From a virus (taxonomy: Duplodnaviria > Caudoviricetes): a DNA stretch of 29,949 bases. The notes under the pieces are model-generated. The model had not been told where the DNA came from. It did not search any database and saw nothing but the letters and a program-made list of their open reading frames with translations. Each line of letters begins with the position of its first letter. Positions within the stretch are counted from its first letter, which is position 1. Made by a program: the position numbers and the translations under genes. Positions 22,890 to 29,949 of the stretch are shown one piece after another. The stretch is taken from IMG/VR virus record IMGVR_UViG_3300037518_000360, positions 1 through 29,949 of that record; one strand, written 5' to 3'.

Positions 22890-24479
22890 ATGCAGCTCCG
22901 GCCCTACCAGACGGCCGCTGTCGACGCTGCCCGGCGCGAGCTGGCGCTCCACCGCTCGACGCTGATCGTGATGCCCACCGGCACTGGCAAGACCGTCGTC
23001 TTCGCCGACGTGCTCGAGCGCGTCGTCGCCCGCGGTGGCCGCGCGCTCGTGCTCGCTCACCGCAACGAGCTGCTGGAGCAGGCCGCCGCCAAGCTCGGCG
23101 TCGACTGCGCCATCGAGAAGGGCCGGATGCGCGCGGGCGCCGCGGCCGTCGTCGTCGCTAGCGTCCAGAGCCTCAAGGGCAAGCGCCTCGCCGGGTTCGA
23201 CCCGGCAACGTTCCGGCTCATCGTCGTCGACGAGGCCCACCACGCCCGGGCCAAGAGCTACCGGGCCATCCTCGACTACTTCACGACGGCCAAGGTCCTC
23301 GGTGTCACCGCCACCCCCGATCGGGCCGACGGCAAGGGCCTGGCCGAGGTCTTTGACACCGTCGCGTACCGCTACGAGCTGCGCGACGCGATCAACGACG
23401 AGTGGCTCGTGCCGCTCACGGCCAAGCGGATCGAGGTCGAGGGTCTGGACCTGTCGAGCGTCCGCACCACGTGTGGCGATCTCAACGCCAAGGACCTAGC
23501 CGCGGTCATGGGCGCCGAGCAGGCGCTGCACGAGGTCGCCTCGCCGCTCCTCGAGCTGGCCGGCGACCGCAAGACGGTCCTGTTCACGGTCGACGTCGCG
23601 CACGCACGCGCCCTGGCCGAGGTGATCAACCGGCATCGGCCGGGCACCGCGCGCCCGCTAGACGGAACCGCGAGCGCCGACGAGCGCCGCGCAGTGCTGC
23701 GTGATTTCCGCGCCGGCGCGTTCCGCGTGCTGGCAAACTGTGCGCTCCTCACCGAGGGCTGGGACGAGCCGAGCGTCGAGTGCGTGGCGATCGCCAGGCC
23801 GACGAAGTCGCGGGCGCTGTACGTCCAGATGATCGGCCGGGGGACCCGTCTCCACGCGGACAAGAGCGACGTGCTGATCCTCGACTTCGTGGGCAACAGC
23901 GGTCGGCACCGACTCATCAACCCCGCCCACGCCCTGGCCGGCGCCGACGTCGACGACGAGCTGGCCGAGCTGGCGCACCGCACGGCGAGCGATACGGGCG
24001 TGAGCGTCGAGCGGGCGCTGCAGGAGGCGCAGCTCGAGCTCGAGGTCACGCGCCAGCGCGCGGCCATCGTCGCGCGCGCCAAGTTCTTCGCGGAGGAGAT
24101 CGACCCGTGGATGCCGCGGCGAGCGCCGGCGACCAGCGAGCGTGAGGGCCGGCCCGCTACCGAGCGCCAGCTCGAGCTCCTCCAGCGCAAGGGAATCGAG
24201 CCGCCGGTCGAGATCAGTATCGGCGACGCGTCGGGAATCATCGACGGGCTGCGGGCGCGCGAGGAGGCGGGGCTCTGTACGTACAAGCAGGCCCGGCTCC
24301 TCAGACGTCAGGGCCTTCGCGACGCGTTCACGTTCAGCAAGCAGTACGCGAGCGGGCTCATCGGTGAGCTGCGAAAGCAGTGGGCCGAGCGGGCCGAGCG
24401 CGCGAAGGGCTTCCCTGGCCGTGAGCCGGAGCCACAAACGAAGCCCGTACCTGGGTTTCCGAACACGGAGGCAGCATGA
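22890..24479 (+). CDS. SF2 DEAD/DEAH-box DNA helicase (ResIII + Helicase_C)
   Basis: LRPYQ Q-motif, MPTGTGKT, DEAHH, TAT, LTEGWD.P and QMIGRGTR. Confidence 0.93.
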   Translation: MQLRPYQTAAVDAARRELALHRSTLIVMPTGTGKTVVFADVLERVVARGGRALVLAHRNELLEQAAAKLGVDCAIEKGRMRAGAAAVVVASVQSLKGKRLAGFDPATFRLIVVDEAHHARAKSYRAILDYFTTAKVLGVTATPDRADGKGLAEVFDTVAYRYELRDAINDEWLVPLTAKRIEVEGLDLSSVRTTCGDLNAKDLAAVMGAEQALHEVASPLLELAGDRKTVLFTVDVAHARALAEVINRHRPGTARPLDGTASADERRAVLRDFRAGAFRVLANCALLTEGWDEPSVECVAIARPTKSRALYVQMIGRGTRLHADKSDVLILDFVGNSGRHRLINPAHALAGADVDDELAELAHRTASDTGVSVERALQEAQLELEVTRQRAAIVARAKFFAEEIDPWMPRRAPATSEREGRPATERQLELLQRKGIEPPVEISIGDASGIIDGLRAREEAGLCTYKQARLLRRQGLRDAFTFSKQYASGLIGELRKQWAERAERAKGFPGREPEPQTKPVPGFPNTEAA

Positions 24480-24498
24480 TTGGTCGCCGGAGGGGCGC

Positions 24499-24786
24499 AT
24501 GAGCTCGCTCACCCGCCGCATCGAGCGGCACAACCGAGACATGCGCGAGGCCATGATGACGGCCGAGGAAGCGCTGGCCTGGGCAGAGGACTGGTACAGA
24601 TCGCGACGCCGGTGGCCGGTGCGGCGCTACCGCATCGTCGCGCATGGCCTGTGTTCGCGGCTACTCACTGAGGAGAGCGCCCGCAAAGCCCTATACGGTA
24701 CGGGGGGGAGGATCGTCGAGCTCATCCCGCCGCGCAAACGCTACGTCGAGCAACGCAAGGCCGCCGAGGCCGCGCAGGAGCCATAG
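24499..24786 (+). CDS. Hypothetical basic protein (95 aa)
   Basis: SD GGAGG, ATG at 24499. MSSLTRRIERHNRDMRE... Confidence 0.6.
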   Translation: MSSLTRRIERHNRDMREAMMTAEEALAWAEDWYRSRRRWPVRRYRIVAHGLCSRLLTEESARKALYGTGGRIVELIPPRKRYVEQRKAAEAAQEP

Positions 24787-24787
24787 C

Positions 24788-24889
24788 ATGAGACCCGCAC
24801 TCAAGATCCTAGACGGCGAGGTAAAGGCGTGGCGACTCCTGGCGTTTCTGCGCCATGCTGCTGCTCGTCCTCGTTCCGGCACCCTGTAA
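24788..24889 (+). CDS. Small hypothetical protein (33 aa)
   Basis: SD AGGAG. Fills the gap exactly and its stop abuts the next ATG. Confidence 0.4.
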   Translation: MRPALKILDGEVKAWRLLAFLRHAAARPRSGTL

Positions 24890-25702
24890 ATGATCGACTA
24901 CGCACAGATCCCCGGAATGAACTGGAGCCGGCTCAAGTCCATGAGGATGAGCCCGCTCCAGTTCTACCACGACTACCGCGCCGCGGCCACGGCCGCGTTC
25001 GACGCCCCACACTTCCGGATCGGTCGACTCGCGCACACGCTCATCCTCGAGCCCGACCTGGTCGGCGCTCACTACGTCTGCTACGAGGGCAGCCGCCGCG
25101 GTAACGGCTGGCGTGACTACAAGGCCGACCACGCCGACAAGCAGATCCTCACGCGCGTCGAGTGGGACAAGGCACAGGGCGCCGCGCACGCCGTGCTCGA
25201 GCACCCCGCTGCGCGACGCCACCTGGTCAGCCCGATCGCAGTCGAGGAGACGCTCACCTGGTTCGACGTCGAGCTCAACGTGCCGTGCAAGGGGCGGCTC
25301 GACGTGATCGGCCGCTCGGTGGTGGACATCAAGACCACCGCGCACCTGCACACTCGGCTGTTCCCGACGGCGGCGGCGCGGCTCGGATACCATTGCCAGC
25401 TGGCGTACTACCAGGACGGCGCGCGGGCCAACGACTACGCGGTCGATGACCGGCCCGTACTGATCGCGGTCCAGTCCGAGGCGCCGTGGGACGTCCTGGT
25501 GTATCGGCTGCCGGCCCACGTGCTCGAGGCCGGTCGTGCCGAGTATCGCTCTCTGCTCCAGCGCTACGTCGAGTGCACCCGCTCCGGCGAGTGGCCCGGC
25601 CAGGCTGGGGACGAGCTCGAGCTCGAGCTGCCCGCATGGGCCTACCTTCCAAGCACCGACGCGACGCTGACCATCGACGGCGTCGCAATCGAGGAGTGGT
25701 GA
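24890..25702 (+). CDS. RecE/exonuclease VIII-like PD-(D/E)XK nuclease (DUF3799-type)
   Basis: NWSRLK...SP, G..AH..ILEP, E.TL.W, CKGRLD, VDIKT, Y..QLA.Y and W.G motifs. Confidence 0.87.
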   Translation: MIDYAQIPGMNWSRLKSMRMSPLQFYHDYRAAATAAFDAPHFRIGRLAHTLILEPDLVGAHYVCYEGSRRGNGWRDYKADHADKQILTRVEWDKAQGAAHAVLEHPAARRHLVSPIAVEETLTWFDVELNVPCKGRLDVIGRSVVDIKTTAHLHTRLFPTAAARLGYHCQLAYYQDGARANDYAVDDRPVLIAVQSEAPWDVLVYRLPAHVLEAGRAEYRSLLQRYVECTRSGEWPGQAGDELELELPAWAYLPSTDATLTIDGVAIEEW

Positions 25703-26058
25703 TGCCTCACATCCGCCTGCTGTTCCCGTCGGACTACATCGCCGCCGGCGACCTCCGCGGCAAAGAAGTCACGCTCACGATCGCCAAGGTGGTCGGCGAG
25801 GAAGTTGTAGCCCAAGAGGGCAAGAAGACGACGAGCAAGCGCAAGGCGATTGTCTACTTCGCCGACAGCAAAGATCCCAACAAACGACTCGTCCTGAATA
25901 AGACGAACAGGGACACGATCGTGTCGGCGTACGGCACTGAGACGAATAACTGGACAGGTAAGCCGATCACCCTCTACGAGACCACCTGCAACGCGTTCGG
26001 GAACCCGAACACCGAGTGCATCCGGATCAAGATACCAACACGCAAGGAGAAAGCATGA
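25702..26058 (+). CDS. Putative ssDNA-binding / annealing protein (OB-fold-like), 118 aa
   Basis: TGATG coupling. FPSDYI.A.DL, LTI..V, K..LVLNKTN and W.GK.ITLY family pattern, seen next to RecE-like genes. Confidence 0.55.
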   Translation: MPHIRLLFPSDYIAAGDLRGKEVTLTIAKVVGEEVVAQEGKKTTSKRKAIVYFADSKDPNKRLVLNKTNRDTIVSAYGTETNNWTGKPITLYETTCNAFGNPNTECIRIKIPTRKEKA

Positions 26059-26345
26059 GCAAGAAATCATCGACCCCCGTCCTCGTCACCACCGCCCACC
26101 GGGGCGTTTTCTTTGGCTACCTCGAGTCCGAGCCGAGCACGGAGAAGATCCTGCTTAGCCGTGCTCGCAACTGCGTGCAGTGGAGCACCGACCTGCGCGG
26201 TTTCGGTGGCCTGGCCGTGCAGGGCCCCTCCCAGAAATGTCGCGTCGGGCCCGCGATGTCCACGCTGACCTTGTACGACATCACCTCGATCGCCGAGTGC
26301 ACGCCTGAGGCGGTCGAGGCGTGGGAGCAGGCACCGTGGCACTGA
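26055..26345 (+). CDS. DUF6948-like protein (96 aa)
   Basis: SD AAGGAG, ATGA overlap. VLVTT.HRGVFFG.L, L..AR....W and GLA..GP...R.GP signature. Confidence 0.75.
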   Translation: MSKKSSTPVLVTTAHRGVFFGYLESEPSTEKILLSRARNCVQWSTDLRGFGGLAVQGPSQKCRVGPAMSTLTLYDITSIAECTPEAVEAWEQAPWH

Positions 26346-26827
26346 TAGTCGGTGCCCTCCCCGAGCTACCCAGAGAGGTTAGCGCAGCTACGATCGTCGA
26401 GCTTCGCACTCCTGGCGGAAATCCGGCGTGCATTGAGGGACTCCGCCGTGCGCTGAACTGGATAAGTGACCGGACGCTACCCCTGTCGGACGCACTGTCG
26501 GAGGCTGAAGAGCGTGGGCTGGACGTTGCATGGGCTCGGACTGCGATCGGGCTGGACGGCTACGGCGACGGCTACGGCTCCGGCGGCGGCGACGGCTCCG
26601 GCGGCGGCTACGGCGGCGGCTCCGGCTACGGCGGCGGCGACGGCGGCGGCTCCGGCTACGGCGACGGCGACGGCTACGGCGGCGGCTCCGGCTACGGCTA
26701 CGGCGGCGGCTCCGGCTACGGCTCCGGCTACGGCTCCGGCTACGGCTCCGGCTACGGCGGCGGCTCCGGCGACGGCTCCGGCTACGGCGACGGCGACGGC
26801 GACGGCTCCGGCTCCGGCTACGGCTGA
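26336..26827 (+). CDS. Protein with short N-terminal domain and ~90-residue (Gly-X)n tail (X=Y/S/D/G)
   Basis: GTG at 26336 after GGAG. ACIEG motif followed by GYGDGYGSGGG... running to the stop. Confidence 0.75.
   Translation: MALIVGALPELPREVSAATIVELRTPGGNPACIEGLRRALNWISDRTLPLSDALSEAEERGLDVAWARTAIGLDGYGDGYGSGGGDGSGGGYGGGSGYGGGDGGGSGYGDGDGYGGGSGYGYGGGSGYGSGYGSGYGSGYGGGSGDGSGYGDGDGDGSGSGYG
26555..26824 (+). repeat. Hexanucleotide-unit coding repeat GGC-(TAC/TCC/GAC/GGC)
   Basis: 270 bp built from only four codons; open in all six frames. Confidence 0.95.
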
Positions 26828-26828
26828 T

Positions 26829-27854
26829 ATGGCCGGTTGGGACAAAGCGAGCGTCCGCGACGTTCTCTCCGGTACCGACGTGCTGTCGCACTTCGGCCTG
26901 ACGCGGAGAGAACGTCGCGGAGACTGGTACCGATTTCGGTGGTGCCCGGCATGCGGAAAGCATGCGCGCGCCGCGTTCGCCGTGCACGCCCGCACCGCCC
27001 AGTACACGTGCCATCGCTGCGGTATCCACGGGTCCGACGTACTGGCGCTGGTCGCGCTCCTGTCCGGGATGGATATCGAGCGCGACTTCGTCGTCATCAT
27101 CGCCCGCGCTGCGGAGATCGCTGGGCTCGGCGAGCCGTCCGAACTCAGCGACGAGGAACGACGCCAGCGCCATGCGGAGCACGAGCGCCGCCGCGCCCGC
27201 GAACGGCAGCAAGAAGCGAATCGTGCGCAGCAGCGGCGCCAGAGGGCATGGGGCATCGCTAGCCGGTACTGGGAGGACCTGCATCACCGGCACCTCCGCG
27301 GCGAGGCGTACCTTCGATCGCGCGCGCTCGGCGACCTGGTCGGACGCCACGATCTCGTGCGCTTTACCGTGCGCGGCGACGTCTGCCTCCCGCTATATGA
27401 TAGCGCCGGCGACATCATCAACGTCCCCCGTCGACTCCTCGAGCCCGCCGCCGGCCCCAAGGTGATCAACCTACGCGGCTGCCCTCAGCTCGGGACGTTC
27501 GGGCGGTGGCCCGACGTGCGGACCGCCGACCGTGTCTACGTCGTCGAGGGCCTGTTCGACTACCTGTCGGGGTACTCGCTGTGGGGCGATCGGGTACTCG
27601 GCGCGCACGGCGCGAGCATGATCCCTCGCATCGTCGAGGGAATCGCGCCGTACATATTGGCAGAGCGACCGCTCGTGCTCGTCCCGCACCGCGGCGATGC
27701 CACACGCGTGGGGGAGAAGGCCGTCGAGCTCGCCCGGGGCAAGGTGCGGCGGGCCTGGACCGACCTGTTCGACGTCACAGTCGGCGGATACCCCAACTAC
27801 ACAGGGTGCCAGGACCTCAACGACTATCTGCGCGTGCTGAGGGCCGGGGTCTAG
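26829..27854 (+). CDS. DNA primase (Zn finger + TOPRIM), 341 aa
   Basis: CPACG...CHRCG zinc finger, YL.SR.L, VVEGLFDYLS and DLNDYL. True start is ATG at 26829; the listed 26466 start runs through the repeat. Confidence 0.8.
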   Translation: MAGWDKASVRDVLSGTDVLSHFGLTRRERRGDWYRFRWCPACGKHARAAFAVHARTAQYTCHRCGIHGSDVLALVALLSGMDIERDFVVIIARAAEIAGLGEPSELSDEERRQRHAEHERRRARERQQEANRAQQRRQRAWGIASRYWEDLHHRHLRGEAYLRSRALGDLVGRHDLVRFTVRGDVCLPLYDSAGDIINVPRRLLEPAAGPKVINLRGCPQLGTFGRWPDVRTADRVYVVEGLFDYLSGYSLWGDRVLGAHGASMIPRIVEGIAPYILAERPLVLVPHRGDATRVGEKAVELARGKVRRAWTDLFDVTVGGYPNYTGCQDLNDYLRVLRAGV

Positions 27855-27858
27855 CGAC

Positions 27859-29358
27859 ATGACCAACCACCCCGCCACGACCTACGCCGACGGCGTCCCA
27901 TCGATGTTCGACGACACGCCACACCCGGCCGACGACGCCGGGCGCGTGTTGCTGCCCAACAGCGAGCCGCGCATGCTGGCCGACCACTACATCCGCGAGC
28001 GCGGGCGCGACAAGACCGGCCGCCTCACGCTCCGGCGCTGGAACGAGCAGTTCTGGCGCTGGGATGGATCCGCGTATCAGGTCCTATCCAAGGAGCGCGT
28101 CCAGGCTGAGATCCGCGAGCTACTCGAGCGAGTCCTCGTCCCGAAGGTACGCGGCAACGAGGTGGTCCGCGATGAGCAGGGCGACGTGGTATTCGCCCCG
28201 ATCAAGGTGCGCATCCGGCTCATCGCTGAGGTCGCTGCCGCTGCCGCGACCACCGACGCCTTGGTCGAGACCCCCGTCCCTGGTTGGCTCGACGGCAGAA
28301 AGGAACCAGCGCCGGCCGAGCTCGTTGCTTGCCGTAATGGCCTGTTGCATCTGCCGACCAGGACGCTCGGCGACAGCACACCGCGATATTTCAACACAGG
28401 CGCGGTGCCCCTCGACTTTGCCTCCACCGTCGAGCCTCCGACACGGTGGCTCGCGTTCCTCGACCAGCTCTGGCCGGACGACGAGCAGATCCGCGAGACG
28501 CTGCAGATGATGTTTGGCTACCTGCTCACACCGGACACGCGGCAGCAGAAGATCTTCCTGCTCGTCGGGCCGAGGCGCAGTGGCAAGGGCACGATCGCGC
28601 GCGTGCTCACGCACGTCCTGGGCGTCGGAAACGTCTGCGGACCGACGCTCACGAGCATGCAGGGGGAGTTCGGGTTGCAGCCTCTCATCGGGACGCTGTG
28701 CGCGATCATCGCCGACGCGCGCCTCTCCGGCCGCGCCGACCAAGCGATCATCGCCGAACGACTACTATCAATCTCAGGCGAGGACCTGCTCACGATCAAC
28801 CGCAAGAACCAATCGATGGTCTCGATGCAGCTATCCACGCGGATCGTCATTCTGACCAACGAGCTCCCTCGACTGGGCGACGCGTCGGGCGCGCTCTCAT
28901 CGCGGTTCATCTTGATCCCGTTCACCGAGTCGTACCTCGGTCGCGAGAACCTCAACCTCAGCGACGAGCTGCTCGCCGAGCTGCCGCAGATATTCGGGTG
29001 GTCCGTCGACGGCTGGTACAAGCTCCGCGAGGCCGGCCACCTCACACAGCCAGAGGCATCCGCTGAGACGCTCCAAGAGCTCGAGGACCTAGCGAGCCCT
29101 ATCGGCGCCTTCGTCCGCTCTCGCTGCTCCACGGAGCCAGGAGCACGCGTGCCGTGCTCTGACCTATTCGTGGCGTGGAAGTCCTGGTGCGAGGAGCAAG
29201 GGCGACGCGAACCAGGTACCCAGGCCAGCTTCGCCCGCAACTTACGAGCAGCGATACCCCGACTGAGCACGAGACAGGTGCGAGGCGCCAGTGATCGGTA
29301 TCGCGTCTACGAGGGCGTGCAGCTCGTCGACGCCCCACAAGAGGAGATGCCATTCTGA
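27859..29358 (+). CDS. D5/P4-family SF3 helicase (phage/plasmid primase P4 C-terminal type) with C-terminal winged helix
   Basis: NGLLHL, P.YF, P..WL.FL, Walker A GPRRSGKGT, ISGED...INRK, TNELP and SRF..IPF. Confidence 0.9.
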   Translation: MTNHPATTYADGVPSMFDDTPHPADDAGRVLLPNSEPRMLADHYIRERGRDKTGRLTLRRWNEQFWRWDGSAYQVLSKERVQAEIRELLERVLVPKVRGNEVVRDEQGDVVFAPIKVRIRLIAEVAAAAATTDALVETPVPGWLDGRKEPAPAELVACRNGLLHLPTRTLGDSTPRYFNTGAVPLDFASTVEPPTRWLAFLDQLWPDDEQIRETLQMMFGYLLTPDTRQQKIFLLVGPRRSGKGTIARVLTHVLGVGNVCGPTLTSMQGEFGLQPLIGTLCAIIADARLSGRADQAIIAERLLSISGEDLLTINRKNQSMVSMQLSTRIVILTNELPRLGDASGALSSRFILIPFTESYLGRENLNLSDELLAELPQIFGWSVDGWYKLREAGHLTQPEASAETLQELEDLASPIGAFVRSRCSTEPGARVPCSDLFVAWKSWCEEQGRREPGTQASFARNLRAAIPRLSTRQVRGASDRYRVYEGVQLVDAPQEEMPF

Positions 29359-29369
29359 TGCCCGGTCGC

Positions 29370-29679
29370 TGTCACGCGCATTCTGGGAATCGGCGTGACT
29401 GTCACGCGCATTTTTGGTCTGACCGTCGATTATTTTGCAGAGCACCGGCTCAGTCACGCGTGACACCGCGTGACGTTCGGGAGTCTATCTTACAAAGCTG
29501 TCACGGGATCACTTTTTTGTCACGCGCATGTCACGCGCATTGTCACGCGCATTGTCCAACGATATTGCCCTTGTCACTCGTGTCACGCTTATTTTCGAAA
29601 ACTCAGCTGAGGATTTCGGAAAGTAATATAAGAGTCAGTATAAGGGAAATTGGCGTGACAGACGGGACTCCGCGTGACA
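29370..29679. repeat. Putative replication origin: GTCACGCG iterons flanking an AT-rich stretch
   Basis: Forward (T)GTCAC(GCGCATT) copies at 29370, 29400, 29453, 29499, 29518, 29529, 29541, 29572 and 29581. Inverted copies at 29393, 29457, 29467, 29653 and 29671. AT-rich stretch at 29589-29651. Confidence 0.8.
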
Positions 29680-29695
29680 GCTCCGCGGAGGAAAC

Positions 29696-29949
29696 ATGAG
29701 TCGAAAACGTAAGCGCGCCACCATGCGCCGACCGACACGCAAGCAGTCGCCGTCCAACGGTCACACGCTGCTCTCCATCCACCGCGAGATCACTGCGCTC
29801 GTCGAGGAGGTGAACGTCCTCCGGCGCGTCTCGGAGGTCATTGCCGAACTCGACAAGACCGAGCGCTGGTCGGGTATCGTTGACGCGGTCAAAGACCATG
29901 CCAACTCGACGGCAGATCCCGGATCACCCCCCCCCTCCGAGCTCGCGGC
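29696..29949 (+). CDS. Hypothetical protein (3'-truncated by window)
   Basis: SD GGAGG, ATG at 29696. MSRKRKRATMRRPTRKQSP..., open to the window end. Confidence 0.6.
   Translation, partial: MSRKRKRATMRRPTRKQSPSNGHTLLSIHREITALVEEVNVLRRVSEVIAELDKTERWSGIVDAVKDHANSTADPGSPPPSELA

Larger units (their letters stand above)
1..29949. mobile_element. Tailed phage / prophage genome segment, podovirus-like, with temperate-type immunity region
   Basis: Capsid-adaptor-nozzle-ejection gene order with no sheath, tube or tape measure; holin/spanin/amidase cassette; divergent HTH pair; primase/helicase/ori. Dense ATGA/GTGA/TGATG overlaps and no host housekeeping genes. Confidence 0.95.

Noticed and set aside
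26466-26901. Alternative-frame ORFs across the repeat (poly-ATA/APA extension of the primase, poly-RL, poly-RS, poly-AV)
   Set aside because: The four-codon repeat has no stops in any frame. Only the Gly frame has a coupled start and a sensible head domain, and the primase has its own ATG at 26829.
29370-29679. CRISPR array
   Set aside because: Repeats are 8-13 bp, in both orientations and irregularly spaced, and there are no cas genes.
29358-29699. 113-aa ORF with CHAH repeats resembling heme-binding or Zn motifs
   Set aside because: It is the translation of the TGTCACGCGCAT iterons; there is no CxxCH and the codon usage is atypical.
1-29949. Genome-wide stop-codon reassignment
   Set aside because: TAG, TGA and TAA all terminate well-supported genes at coupled junctions under the standard code.

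Overview
The whole window reads as a contiguous ~30-kb piece of a high-GC, temperate-type tailed phage genome with podovirus-like virion architecture. The host is inferred to be diderm (spanins present), plausibly Myxococcota. From left to right on the + strand: partial scaffold, major capsid, decoration protein, adaptor, fibre/spike, nozzle, three ejection proteins and a tandem LamG-like protein (1-15.7 kb), then a lysis cassette with two holin candidates, overlapping i-/o-spanins and an Amidase_2 endolysin (16.1-18.4 kb). A leftward early operon ends in a PP-loop/PAPS-reductase-family gene that sits where an integrase would be expected, next to what look like xis/int/attP remnants (18.4-21.3 kb). 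A divergent repressor/Cro switch carries a clear 16-bp operator family, followed by an antisense lipoprotein moron and a strongly structured intergenic RNA (21.3-22.9 kb). The rightward replication/recombination operon holds an SF2 helicase, a RecE-like nuclease, an SSB/annealase candidate, a DUF6948-like + (Gly-X)n pair, a Zn-finger/TOPRIM primase, a D5/P4-type SF3 helicase and an iteron-rich origin (22.9-29.9 kb). The most interesting signals are: a repressor carrying a duplicated C-terminal helical module (SinI/SinR-like), a decayed integration module apparently replaced by a candidate DNA-modification enzyme behind a C8T9 tract, a multi-stem RNA with anti-SD loops, and the DUF6948/GYG-repeat pair. 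All functional calls come from motif recognition and gene order by eye; no searches were run.
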